From Candidatus Bathyarchaeota archaeon (GTDB lineage Archaea; Thermoproteota; Bathyarchaeia; Bathyarchaeales; Bathycorpusculaceae): 64,000 nucleotides of DNA. Shown in pieces: positions 19,586 to 29,445 of the stretch. Numbering within the stretch: the first letter of the stretch is position 1; each line of letters starts with the position of its first letter. The stretch is taken from assembly GCA_963717465.1 (NCBI GenBank), contig OY970340.1, positions 2,176,001-2,240,000 on the forward strand, written 5' to 3'. The notes beneath the pieces were generated by a model. It worked only from the letters and a program-made list of their open reading frames with translations. It had not been told where the DNA came from and made no database searches. A program made the position numbers and the translations under genes.

Positions 19586-20342
19586 TTGGTAGTTAAGCAA
19601 TTAAAAAACCTTCTATCTTTTCTTAACCGTCTTTCCAGTATCAATGGATAATAACTTTCTGACAGACTGCGCCAACTACATGTTCGCTTTTCCGTTAGTC
19701 GGCGCATTAATCGGTTTATTGGCTGGAGTATTCGGTTGGGCGCTAAGCTTCTTTCTTCCAACCTTAGTAGTTGGAACATTAATTCTAGCGTTAATACTGT
19801 TAATTACGGGGGTTCACCATACAGATGGCTTATTAGATTTTGGTGATGGCCTTATGGCTCATGGTTCTCCTGAGCATAAACTTGAGGTTATGCATGATCG
19901 TTTTACAGGCGCAGGAGGCATAGCCTTAGGCGTTATGACTCTTCTGATTACTGCCGTCGCCTTTGGGCAATTAAAAAGTGACATAATCATTCAAGCTATA
20001 ATCGTTGCAGAGGTTTCAGCAAAGCTTTCGATGGTTGTCACGACTTGGGCTGGCAAACCCGTGCGTCAAGGGATGAACTCACCCTTCATGCAAGCAATGC
20101 ATGGAGGCAAGGGCAATTTGCGCTTGATTATCGCTTTAATAATTTCACTTGTATTCGCGTTTCTGCTACTTCATGCGGCTGGTTTATTCATCGTACTTGC
20201 TGCAATAATAACTAGTTTAGTTATGGTCGCAATAGCGCATAAGAATTTTAATGGGGTAACGGGTGATGTTTTAGGTGCTACTAACGATCTTTCAAGAATG
20301 GTTGCAATCGTTGTTTTATTGGCGGTGATTAGTTGGGCGTGA
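19586..20342 (+). CDS. cobS: Cobalamin synthase (start likely 19586 with a frameshift near 19625)
   Basis: SFLT..P, FPLVG, TGVHHTDGLLDFGDG, MHD...GAGG, GVTGDVLGA. Confidence 0.9.
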
Positions 20343-20950
20343 CAGCGCTTGTTATGGCTGGAGGCAAGGGCTCACGTTTAAAAATTGCTCAGGAAAAACC
20401 GTTGATAAAAGTATGCGGTAAACCAGTTATCGATTATGTCCTCATGGCTTTGCTGAGCGCAAAGAAAGTTGATTCGATTATTGTGGCAGTTAGCAATAAT
20501 ACGCCCAAAACTGGGGAATTAATGGCTAATTTCCCCGTTAAAGTTATCCAAACACCCGGAAAAAATACTGTTTTTGATATGGGATACGCCGTCGAGCAGC
20601 TTAAGCTTGGAGTCGTCTTGGTCATTGCTGCTGACCTTCCACTGATAACTGGAAAAACCTTGGATGGCATAATTGATTATTATGAGCATTGCGGTAAACC
20701 TGCCTTGAGTGTTATCGTCTCAGCAGAAACTAAAGAACGGTTGGGAATGAGTATAGAACATGCATACAAAATAGGAGATAGACAGGTTGTCCCCGCCGGG
20801 ATTAATATCATTAATGGGCATAAAAGAATTGGCGATGAGTGGCTTGAACAAGAAGATTATCTGTTAGATATAGAACAAGTTGCCGTCAATATTAACACTC
20901 TCGAAGAATTAAGAGCTGCCAAACGCCTAATGGAGAGCGCAATTACTTGA
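20333..20950 (+). CDS. cobY: Adenosylcobinamide-phosphate guanylyltransferase
   Basis: ALVMAGGKGSRL..EKPL, ADLP, PAGINI, NINT; overlaps cobS. Confidence 0.88.
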   Translation: MGVTALVMAGGKGSRLKIAQEKPLIKVCGKPVIDYVLMALLSAKKVDSIIVAVSNNTPKTGELMANFPVKVIQTPGKNTVFDMGYAVEQLKLGVVLVIAADLPLITGKTLDGIIDYYEHCGKPALSVIVSAETKERLGMSIEHAYKIGDRQVVPAGINIINGHKRIGDEWLEQEDYLLDIEQVAVNINTLEELRAAKRLMESAIT

Positions 20951-21000
20951 CATTTTGTTGTGACATTTTGGTGTTAATGGGTATATGGTAAGCTGATACC

Positions 21001-22398
21001 ATGAACACTCCAAGGATATTAATCGCAGGCATGCATAGCGGTGTTGGAAAAACCACGGTTTCGTTAGGTTTAATGGGAGCTGTCAAAGAATTGGGGTTTA
21101 GGGTCCAAGGCTTCAAAGTCGGCCCAGACTATATTGACCCGAGTTATCACAATGTAGTTACTGGCGGAGCCTCGGAAAACCTGGATTCCTGGATGATACC
21201 GCACGACCAGATCATTGAATTATTCAATCGGGCAGCTTCCCACGCAGACATAGCGGTAATTGAAGGGGTTATGGGTCTATACGACGGCGTAAACGGTCTA
21301 GATGAATCAGGAAGCACAGCTGAAATCGCTAAAATATTAAAATGCCCAGTGATTTTGGTTATTGACTCACATGCATTGGCTCGAACCGCTGGAGCACTGG
21401 TTTTAGGCTTCAAAAATTTTGATAAAAAAGTAAATTTTGCCGGCGTTATCGTTAATAGAGTCGCAAGCCAAACCCATGCATTATGGTGCAAGCAAGCCAT
21501 CGAATCATCTACAGGGATAAAAGTTATTGGCTCATTGCCAGTTAATTCCGAATTGAAACTTCAGGAAAGACATTTAGGATTGATTCCCACTGTAGAAACC
21601 AAAACATTCAATCCAATATTAGCAAAGATCATGCGATTCGTGAAAAATAACATAAATATTGATGCAGTTATAGAAATTGCAAGATCCGCTAAACACCAGC
21701 CAAAAACCGCAAACCCAGTTTATCCGAAATTAAACATGCCTAAGAGAGTCGCTATAGGCGTAGCTTTCGACGAAGCCTTCAATTTTTATTATCCAAGCAA
21801 CCTGTCGCTTCTTGAAGTATATGGAGCGGAAATTAAGCATTTTAGCCCTATTCACGACCCAGAGTTACCAAACCACGTGAACGGATTGTACATTGGCGGT
21901 GGCTTTCCAGAGATGCTTCCAAAACAGTTAGAAGATAACCAAAAAATGCAAAATGCAATTAGAAAAGCCGCAGACATTGGAATGCCAATTTATGCTGAAT
22001 GCGGTGGTTTAATGTACCTAACAGACTCAATAGCCGATTTTGAAGGAAACACATTTCCTATGGTTGGCATATTGCATGGCAAAACTCTGATGACAAGCAA
22101 GACATTGCTTAACTATACTATTTCAAAGACATTCAAAGATAACATTTTAACCGCTGAAGGCTGCCTTTTAAGAGGTCATGAATTTCACTGCTCCAAAATT
22201 ATTGATATTTCAAGTGATGCACAATTTGCTTATCGCATGCAACAGGGTGAAGGTATAGTCAGAAAACAGGATGGCTGGATTAAAAACAATATTTTAGCCT
22301 CCTACATGCATATTCCTTTCATACAGTGTAGACAATTAGCATTTAATTTTGTAAATGCTTGCGAGAAACATAAAGATGAAAAGGCTTCAGCGACGTAA
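21001..22398 (+). CDS. cbiA: Cobyrinate a,c-diamide synthase
   Basis: SGVGKT, FKVGPDYIDP, EGVMGLYDG, ERHLGL, AFNFYY, YAECGG, GHEFH. Confidence 0.93.
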   Translation: MNTPRILIAGMHSGVGKTTVSLGLMGAVKELGFRVQGFKVGPDYIDPSYHNVVTGGASENLDSWMIPHDQIIELFNRAASHADIAVIEGVMGLYDGVNGLDESGSTAEIAKILKCPVILVIDSHALARTAGALVLGFKNFDKKVNFAGVIVNRVASQTHALWCKQAIESSTGIKVIGSLPVNSELKLQERHLGLIPTVETKTFNPILAKIMRFVKNNINIDAVIEIARSAKHQPKTANPVYPKLNMPKRVAIGVAFDEAFNFYYPSNLSLLEVYGAEIKHFSPIHDPELPNHVNGLYIGGGFPEMLPKQLEDNQKMQNAIRKAADIGMPIYAECGGLMYLTDSIADFEGNTFPMVGILHGKTLMTSKTLLNYTISKTFKDNILTAEGCLLRGHEFHCSKIIDISSDAQFAYRMQQGEGIVRKQDGWIKNNILASYMHIPFIQCRQLAFNFVNACEKHKDEKASAT

Positions 22399-22403
22399 TT
22401 ACT

Positions 22404-22601
22404 TTATTGGCTGCTAGTTTTCTTGTTCGCAATCTCTCGAAGGTTTTGGATTGGCGAATCTTGCAATTCCGAATTCGCATAGATCTTTTCATGATATTTT
22501 TTCTCGGCGACTTTTGCTTTAGATTCATTTGAACTGAATTCAACGCTATTTTCCAGTTTTCTTATTGTCCTGCCGAGTCTACGCTGTCCTATGGTAACCA
22601 T
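22404..22601 (-). CDS. Small basic hypothetical protein
   Basis: 65-aa ORF filling the gap, ATG start with GAG upstream; no recognisable domain. Confidence 0.4.
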   Translation of the reverse strand: MVTIGQRRLGRTIRKLENSVEFSSNESKAKVAEKKYHEKIYANSELQDSPIQNLREIANKKTSSQ

Positions 22602-22684
22602 TTAAATCATACTCAACAAAGTATCTTCCGCCTAATTAAATAAATTTTTAGGAAAAGAAAATGCAAATAGAACAAGAATTATCG

Positions 22685-23473
22685 CTAATGATCGGCAACC
22701 AGCGTATTCTCAATAACTTGTTTTGTTAACGAAACTGTTTCATTGACACTGCTACCTTTAAGGATAATTGATTTAGCTTCAGGACCTAAATTGAAAAGCA
22801 AGTCAATTATTGACATGTTGGGTTCAAATCCATCGAAATTTTGCTTATAAAACGGATGAGTATAATTATGCCAAATAATTTTAATATTGGAATCTGAAAA
22901 TTTGCTTTCTTCCATGTATTTTTTTCCGCCTGAACCTGAAAGGTAGGTATCGGCGCCAACGTGCTTACATAAAGAAATTAATTTTCCGTTTTTTTCTTTA
23001 TCATGGTGAGGGAACTTGGATGAAAAAGCAAGTTTCATTCTGAAGCCTAAACTCTGAGCAAACTTTTCTATTAAATTTAAATCCAGATCAATCAAAGAAT
23101 CATAATTAACCGCTAAAGTCTCTTCCACTATTGAGAAGTACTCTTTAAAATATGGTGCTTTGTCATAATTCTGCCTTAAAATTCTTAAATGATTTTGCTT
23201 CCATTGATCTCCAGCTATCTTAACATCTTTTATTAATTGAGGATAATTATGTTTGATGGGAACAGTTAGCCATCTCCAGCCCTGCATTGTTCTTATCCGA
23301 TTTCTGTTCTGAAAGCCTCCGTGAACAAACTGTGCATCATCATAAACAATAAAAATATCAGATTGCAAGAGCTTATCAAAAAATCCGATCCAGGGGATAT
23401 ATTCTGGCTGATGCACAAATGTAATCATGTCTTTCACTTCAGTATAGAACCAATTCTCCGATTTTCGTAGCAA
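22685..23473 (-). CDS. WbqC-like family protein (start likely ~23428)
   Basis: HQPEYIPWIGFF, YDDAQF, QNRNRI, WLTVP, YLSG.GG..Y, SIIDLLFN.G. Confidence 0.9.
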   Translation of the reverse strand: MLRKSENWFYTEVKDMITFVHQPEYIPWIGFFDKLLQSDIFIVYDDAQFVHGGFQNRNRIRTMQGWRWLTVPIKHNYPQLIKDVKIAGDQWKQNHLRILRQNYDKAPYFKEYFSIVEETLAVNYDSLIDLDLNLIEKFAQSLGFRMKLAFSSKFPHHDKEKNGKLISLCKHVGADTYLSGSGGKKYMEESKFSDSNIKIIWHNYTHPFYKQNFDGFEPNMSIIDLLFNLGPEAKSIILKGSSVNETVSLTKQVIENTLVADH

Positions 23474-23737
23474 TCACTCAAATTTTTAAATTAAAACTTA
23501 ATAGTTAAGAGCAAACAATTATCAAATTAAAGAACTTGATAAGTCTATATAAGGACTAGTTATTGCATCTAGCTGCCTACAACTCTCTCTTTTGCTCGTA
23601 GGCTCCATTAAACGGTTTTTAAAGATAACGAATCGTGGCTTCGATAACTGACAACAGCTGAGGGTAATTTATCAAAAATGGTTTTAGCGTTTTTAAAGCA
23701 GAAAAATTATAAATTTTGCAGTTTTTTCTTGTTTTTT

Positions 23738-24541
23738 CTAAATTTCGAATTTCTGGATAATTCTGTTTTCTTTTTCACCCGTTATTTCTGCTTCAACATG
23801 GAAGAACTGTTGAAGCCTTGAATTAACAATTCTTGGCTTAAGCAACTCGTCGATTTGGAAAACACCCGCAGAATTTGACATGCGAATCTTAATCACGATC
23901 GGTTTATCATCGTTTTCTCGCACTTCAACCACTACTTTTTCGATTGAAAGCGCAGATATAGCATGAATATCAACTTTGCCTGACTCAAAGGGAATTCGAG
24001 CTCTTCCCGCTTCCATATCCAATGCGTCAGCGATGCTTACAATCCCAGCCTCAAAGGTTAAGGGCTTGTTTGGTTGTTCATGGGCAACAATTGCATGCAG
24101 AACTTCTGAGGTCATTATAGCCTGTTCCTCAGCAGTGTAGATTGGGCTTAATAGTCTGTTAAGAAATTCCATTGCTAAAAAGGCGCTGTACTTTTCATGG
24201 CTTTCCCGTTGAACAGTCATGCCTAAGTCATGCAGTATTGAGCCAAGTACGACCACGATTTCTGCATCCTCATTTGTCATTCCATAGTTTTCGACGATAC
24301 TGGGTTTTATGAGTTGCTTCTCGATTAGTGTGCGGAGTAACTTCAGGGCTAGATTAGCAACTATTTTAACGTGTGTTGGACCGTGATCAGTGTAACCCAT
24401 GCGGTCGATCGCCATTACGTTGGCGCATCTCCAAAGAGTCTGCAATTTTTTATCTTCCTTGATTTTATCCATAACATCTTTGAGTTTACCATTATTCCGA
24501 ACAGGCAGGTTAAAGACGTATGACAATCTGTTAAACTCCAA
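23738..24541 (-). CDS. HD-domain phosphohydrolase
   Basis: DHGPTH, LHDLG, AH, ADALD..GRARIPF. Confidence 0.85.
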   Translation of the reverse strand: MEFNRLSYVFNLPVRNNGKLKDVMDKIKEDKKLQTLWRCANVMAIDRMGYTDHGPTHVKIVANLALKLLRTLIEKQLIKPSIVENYGMTNEDAEIVVVLGSILHDLGMTVQRESHEKYSAFLAMEFLNRLLSPIYTAEEQAIMTSEVLHAIVAHEQPNKPLTFEAGIVSIADALDMEAGRARIPFESGKVDIHAISALSIEKVVVEVRENDDKPIVIKIRMSNSAGVFQIDELLKPRIVNSRLQQFFHVEAEITGEKENRIIQKFEI

Positions 24542-24961
24542 TATGATTTTATTCCAAATAAGGAATTAAATTTAATACGCATTTATTTAATTCTTTGTGA
24601 ATTTTAGTCTTATAATTTATTGCAATGATTGTTTCAGATTAGCTTTAAAATCAATACTTAAAATTAATAATTCTTTAATTTTCAGCATCATATCTTAATA
24701 TTTTGATAAATATTGCGTAGAAGTTGAAAAAGGGGATACTGCATTTACCAATAAAATGAAACATCCAAATGGTCACTTAAGAAACCTAACATTGGAAATA
24801 CGCAATAAATTCAGTAGCTATTCTCAAAAACAAAACCATGCGCATGAGCAGGCGATCAAAGCGAAACTTCAAAAAAACAAGCATTAAAAACGAAAAATTC
24901 TGAGGATTCGAATGTACATTGTCAATTTTCTCTCTTTAATTTCTGTCTTTGTCTTGATATT

Positions 24962-25291
24962 TCTGAAAAGGGAGCACTTGAAATAAGAAGCCAACAAACG
25001 AATGACCAAGTAGAGATCGCATTCACCGACACAGGTGTAGGAATTCCTAAAGAAATCTTGCCAAAGATCTTTTCGCCGCTTTTTACAACTAAAGCAAAAG
25101 GCATAGGCTTTGGATTATCAATATGCAAACGAATTGTAGAATCACATGGAGGTGAAATAACGGTTAAAACGGCAGTAAACCAGGGAACAACATTTACGGT
25201 AACCCTGCCGGTCGAGCCTAAACTTGAGAGTGCAGTTGAAAAACCGTCGATAGACCTGCCTAAATCATTGCTCACGAGGTCAAAAACATAA
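24962..25291 (+). pseudogene. Fragment of histidine kinase HATPase_c domain
   Basis: DTGVGIP, IFSPLFTTK, GIGFGL, HGG..., GTTF present; H-box, N-box and sensor absent. Confidence 0.7.
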
Positions 25292-25490
25292 GAGATAGAT
25301 AGCAAAGAATGAAACGCTGCTTTTGTCCTTGCCTTGAAAACATGAATTGTAGAGAATCGCTAAGCCTGCTAAAGATCTGCTTAAGCAAAAACGAATTTTA
25401 GAAAAATCAATTAATAAGGCTCTGTATATTAGTACATACGCTTTTAAGTAGGGTTATTCATTCTTTTTTTATTGCGACGAGGTTTACGAT

Positions 25491-25796
25491 TTGGGAAAGA
25501 AGAAAGTACTGAGCGAAGGCGAAATCAGTGAATTAGTATATCCCGGACAAGGAGAAGTACTCGGTGTAGTTGTCAAACTGCTCGGTTTTGACCGGATACT
25601 AGTCAAATGTCAAGATGGCGCTGAAAGGTTATGCCGTATTAGAGGCAAAATGAAACGAAGGGTTTGGATTCGTGAGGGTGACATCGTGATTGCTTCGCCT
25701 TGGGATTTTCAGAGCGACAAACGTGGTGACGTAGTTTGGCGTTACACTCATGCGCAGGCTGACACGCTTAGGCGAAAAGGCATTTTAACTCTTTAA
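25491..25796 (+). CDS. eif1a: Translation initiation factor aIF-1A
   Basis: CQDG.ERLCRIRGKMKRRVWIREGD, PWDFQ. Confidence 0.95.
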   Translation: MGKKKVLSEGEISELVYPGQGEVLGVVVKLLGFDRILVKCQDGAERLCRIRGKMKRRVWIREGDIVIASPWDFQSDKRGDVVWRYTHAQADTLRRKGILTL

Positions 25797-25921
25797 TTCT
25801 TTATCATCTACTTGCTTTCTTAACTTGTTAAATTATTGTTTTTTCACTTAAATTACTTCAATTTTTGCTTTTCTGTTGAAGTGTTTTTAAATATGTGACA
25901 TGCCATACGTAAGAGTATTCT

Positions 25922-26704
25922 ATGTCAAGAAAAGCTCAGGAAAGACTTGCGCATCGCGAAAAAGCTGTGGAAAAAAGAGATAAAATGCTAATCCACGACC
26001 TATCTAACGAACGAGCTACGTTAGAGGAGGTTTTTGATCAATCAACACTTATGATTGTTTATGGATTACTAAATAGTGGCGTTTTGTACGAGGTAAACGG
26101 GGTTGTTAATTCTGGAAAGGAAGCACGAGTTTACTGGGGTAAGAACAGAGAGGGCAAGGATTTAGCCGTTAAAATTTACTTAACTTCGTCAGCTGAATTC
26201 AAAAAGGGAATGCTCCGTTACATTGAGGGTGATCCACGCTTCAAAAATTTCAAGCGTGATACTCGGTCTTTGATTGCTGCTTGGGCTCAAAAAGAATTTC
26301 GCAATTTGGAAGAGGCTCTTCAGGCGAAAGTGCGTGTACCAAAGCCAATTGTTGTTCGCAGTAACGTTTTAGTCATGGAGTTCATCGGAAAAGAAGGTGT
26401 TAGCGCCCCGTCATTAAAGGAACAACTGCCAAGCAATCCTGAAAAAGTTTATCATGTAATAATTACTTACTTAAAGAGACTTTACCAAAAAGCCAAGATT
26501 GTCCATGGGGACTTAAGCGAATACAACATTATGATATGGAAGGGACGACCAGTCATATTCGATATGTCTCAATCAGTTTTTATATCGCATCCTATGGCAA
26601 ATTTCATGCTGCAAAGGGATATTACAAATGTAAATAAGTTCTTTAGACGGTTAGGTGTTAATGTCTATTCTGATGAGGAAACATACTCGCTGATTGTAGG
26701 TTAG
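25922..26704 (+). CDS. rio1: RIO1 family Ser/Thr kinase
   Basis: SGKEARVY, AVKIY, WAQKEFRNL, VHGDLSEYNI, IFDMSQ. Confidence 0.93.
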   Translation: MSRKAQERLAHREKAVEKRDKMLIHDLSNERATLEEVFDQSTLMIVYGLLNSGVLYEVNGVVNSGKEARVYWGKNREGKDLAVKIYLTSSAEFKKGMLRYIEGDPRFKNFKRDTRSLIAAWAQKEFRNLEEALQAKVRVPKPIVVRSNVLVMEFIGKEGVSAPSLKEQLPSNPEKVYHVIITYLKRLYQKAKIVHGDLSEYNIMIWKGRPVIFDMSQSVFISHPMANFMLQRDITNVNKFFRRLGVNVYSDEETYSLIVG

Positions 26705-26711
26705 GTTAAGA

Positions 26712-27293
26712 ATGTCCAGTCCAGATGCATTTGTCAGAATTCCTAAGGAGCGTGTTGGCGTTTTAGTCGGTCCAGATGGAAAAGTAAAACAGTATATTGA
26801 AGATAGATTAAACGTTGAGCTTAAGATAGAAAGTGAAGAGGGAGGCGTAACTATAATTCTTCATGAGGGCATACCTGACCCATCTGTTTTGCTTAAAGCT
26901 AAAGACGTTGTACAAGCCATCGGCAGAGGTTTTGCTCCTAATGTTGCCTTCCGTTTGATTCGAAATGAAGACGAAATTTTCGACCTAGTTGATTTGCGAT
27001 TAGTCTTTGGCAGATCAGAGTCAGATATTAGCCGCATTAAAGCAAGAATTATAGGTGCAAACGGCAAAACACGTAGATTAATTGAGGAATTATCTGAAGC
27101 AAACGTGGTTGTTTACGGCCACACTGTTGGTCTTGTAGGAACTTTTGATCAAGTTGACACAGCTAGAAATGCTGTACAAATGATTATTGAAGGTTGCATG
27201 CATCATACTGTTTATAGGTATCTGCAAAAGAAGCGGACCGAAATGAAAAAGGAAAGGCTTGAGTTATGGGAAAAGCCAGAGAGCAAAAAATAG
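26712..27293 (+). CDS. KH-domain RNA-processing protein (Dim2/Pno1-like)
   Basis: IPKERVGVLVG, AIGRGF, RIIG.NGKTR; conserved aIF1A-rio1-KH order. Confidence 0.9.
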   Translation: MSSPDAFVRIPKERVGVLVGPDGKVKQYIEDRLNVELKIESEEGGVTIILHEGIPDPSVLLKAKDVVQAIGRGFAPNVAFRLIRNEDEIFDLVDLRLVFGRSESDISRIKARIIGANGKTRRLIEELSEANVVVYGHTVGLVGTFDQVDTARNAVQMIIEGCMHHTVYRYLQKKRTEMKKERLELWEKPESKK

Positions 27294-27409
27294 TTATACG
27301 CTGATAAAGTTGAATGAGAAAAACTCATGATTAGCGATTAATCCTTATATTTAGGTATCACGGGTCATAATGGCATAAAAAGAGAGTTAGGGAAAACGAA
27401 GGTAGCTGT

Positions 27410-27691
27410 TTGAGTCAATTCGTAGCCACGGTTAACATGTTTGTTGAATCCTCAGAGAAAGATAACGTTTTGATTGCACTCTCAAGAATCGATGCTATAA
27501 AAGAAGTTTATGAAGTAGCAGGGGAATATGACATTGTTTCCTTAATTTCAACTCCTGGCATGGAAGAGTTTCGAGAGCTATTACACAAAGAAATATTATC
27601 TATAAAAGGCATAAAAAGTACAGTTACAACTGTGATTTTGAAACTGCATGATAGACACGTTATCAAAAATATTTCAGAGAAAGGTATATAG
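27410..27691 (+). CDS. Stand-alone Lrp/AsnC ligand-binding (RAM) domain
   Basis: VYEVAGEYDI, I.GIKST.T; no HTH. Confidence 0.8.
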   Translation: MSQFVATVNMFVESSEKDNVLIALSRIDAIKEVYEVAGEYDIVSLISTPGMEEFRELLHKEILSIKGIKSTVTTVILKLHDRHVIKNISEKGI

Positions 27692-27730
27692 CGCACTTAA
27701 AATACCCAACCATGGGAAAGGAGACCATAT

Positions 27731-28039
27731 TTGCCTCGTTTATTCGCATTTGTTGATATCTTTGTTGAATCTCCAGAAATGGATAATGTGGTTTCTGCTC
27801 TTGCTAAATTAAAGAATCTGGAAGAATTGTATGAGGTAACTGGAGAATTTGACATAGTTACGCTTGTTTCAGCAACGGACATTGAAGAATTCCGTGACGT
27901 CCTTAAAAACAAGATAATGAAAATTAAAGGCGTGAAAAGTACTGTGAGCTCAGTAGTCCTCAAAGTCCATAAAGGACCAAGGTATGATGGAGGCTCCAAA
28001 GGAACGAACGCCACCAATCCGCATCTCCTTAAAACATAA
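27731..28039 (+). CDS. Stand-alone Lrp/AsnC ligand-binding (RAM) domain, paralogue
   Basis: LYEVTGEFDI, IKGVKST; no HTH. Confidence 0.8.
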   Translation: MPRLFAFVDIFVESPEMDNVVSALAKLKNLEELYEVTGEFDIVTLVSATDIEEFRDVLKNKIMKIKGVKSTVSSVVLKVHKGPRYDGGSKGTNATNPHLLKT

Positions 28040-28101
28040 GAGCAGCTTCATTTTAATTCAGCTAAACGCAAATTAGCATTATTTACCGCTAAAATAGACA
28101 T

Positions 28102-28512
28102 TTAATGGCCATTTAACCATTTCTTGGCTAGTTCTTCAGCTTGCTGTTCTTGTTTTCTTTCAGTTTCTCTGGTCATTTTTGTAAATAATGGGCTTTTATG
28201 ATCTAATTTTGCGTGGGCGATCTCTTGAGCAATTATTAAAGAAAAAGTCTCTTCTTCTTCGTGTTTTAAGTATTGCGATAGAAAAATGAATCCTTTCTTA
28301 TCTTTCCAATCGTCTAGTCTTCCCCAAAAGGCCAAGTATTCTGAGCTTGAGGAAACGAAAAGTGTATTTTTAATAGTCCAATCAACAATTTCTTTCGGAA
28401 GTTTAGTTAGCGTTTTACTAATTATGATCCTAAATTCAGGACTGACACTGTTCGTTTCAGCTAACATTTGTTCTGCTTCATCTATTGTATATCTATCTTT
28501 CATTCTCGGCAT
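28102..28512 (-). CDS. Hypothetical zincin-like protein with degenerate HExxH (QEIAH)
   Basis: IIAQEIAHAKLDH...E.QAEELA..W. Confidence 0.5.
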   Translation of the reverse strand: MPRMKDRYTIDEAEQMLAETNSVSPEFRIIISKTLTKLPKEIVDWTIKNTLFVSSSSEYLAFWGRLDDWKDKKGFIFLSQYLKHEEEETFSLIIAQEIAHAKLDHKSPLFTKMTRETERKQEQQAEELAKKWLNGH

Positions 28513-28531
28513 TTATGCAAGCCTTCAGCTA

Positions 28532-28647
28532 TAGGCAGGCTCTTGTAAGTGTCCAAGTTAACTGTAAAGTTAAAGTAGACACTTATCCGCACTCAAGATC
28601 CACATCATCCTCGCGTCTTCGGGGCCAGAGTCGTCATCGCCCACCTA
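28532..28647 (-). ncRNA. Candidate C/D-box guide sRNA
   Basis: Minus strand: C-like GCGAUGA, guide, D' CCGA, C' AUGAUGU, guide GGAUCUUGAGUG, D-like CGGA; terminal stem UAGGUGGGC/GCCUGCCUA; TATA-like TTTTAAT at ~28671-28677. Confidence 0.55.
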
Positions 28648-28762
28648 AGCCAAAAACAGGCTAAACAAACATTAAAATGTTCAGGTAAAACTAAACAATT
28701 CATTTTACGCCAAAGAAACCCATGAAATAGGCAGTTTTGTAACTATACTAAAGTTGATTAGG

Positions 28763-29320
28763 CTAAAGCTGTACCTTAATCTTATTCGCAAACCGTTCTT
28801 GCAGCTTAGCTATTTTTGGTGCAATGACTACCTGGCAATAAGAAAGTTTCGGATGCTTTTCAAAGTAGTCTTTATGATAAGTTTCTGCCTTGTAAAACAC
28901 TTTGAGCGGTTCCACGCTTGTAACGATTGGATTATCCCAGATACCTTGCTTATTTAAATCATCGATCATTTCCAGGGCAATTTGCTTTTGTTCTTCATTA
29001 TGGTAAAATACAGCTGAACGATACTGGATGCCAACATCATTCCCTTGGCGATTAAGCGTTGTCGGGTCGTGTGATGCAAAAAAGATTTCAAGAATTTCCT
29101 TAAAAGAAATAATTTCTGGATTAAAAGTTACTTGCGCCGCTTCAGCATGTCCACTTTGACCCGTTGAAACCTGCTCATAAGTTGGGTTAGGTGTTGATCC
29201 ACCTGTGTAGCCAGGTTCAACCAATTCTACTCCTTTAATTATCTTAAAAGTTGCTTCAATACACCAAAAACAACCACCAGCTAAAGTTGCAACTTCAAAT
29301 TTTACATGTTTATTTTCCAT
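28763..29320 (-). CDS. msrA: Peptide methionine sulfoxide reductase A
   Basis: GGCFWC, GYTGG, HDPTTLNRQGND.G.QYRS, AE.YH. Confidence 0.95.
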   Translation of the reverse strand: MENKHVKFEVATLAGGCFWCIEATFKIIKGVELVEPGYTGGSTPNPTYEQVSTGQSGHAEAAQVTFNPEIISFKEILEIFFASHDPTTLNRQGNDVGIQYRSAVFYHNEEQKQIALEMIDDLNKQGIWDNPIVTSVEPLKVFYKAETYHKDYFEKHPKLSYCQVVIAPKIAKLQERFANKIKVQL

Positions 29321-29445
29321 TAATCCTCCTCAAAAAGCCAATTATAGTTTAAAATTATAACTTGATCGTTAATAGTTTTGTGGTTGTAAAAGTACAACAA
29401 CTTAAAATAAAAATAAATAAACTCGTCATGATAAGGCTATATGCA

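Noticed and set aside
20948..20970. Direct repeat TGACATTTTG x2 upstream of cbiA
   Set aside because: Short, single occurrence, overlaps the cobY stop
4042..25905. Shared 13-mer ATGTGACATGCCA upstream of aIF-2beta (4042) and rio1 (25893)
   Set aside because: One 13-bp match is within chance expectation for this much sequence, and positions relative to the starts differ
28606..28642. GGCGATGA start as a fluoride riboswitch
   Set aside because: The P1 partner and pseudoknot are missing and no fluoride-related gene follows; the C/D layout fits better
28927..28940. TTGGATTATCCCA as a fourth cobamide operator
   Set aside because: Inside msrA, outer arms do not match
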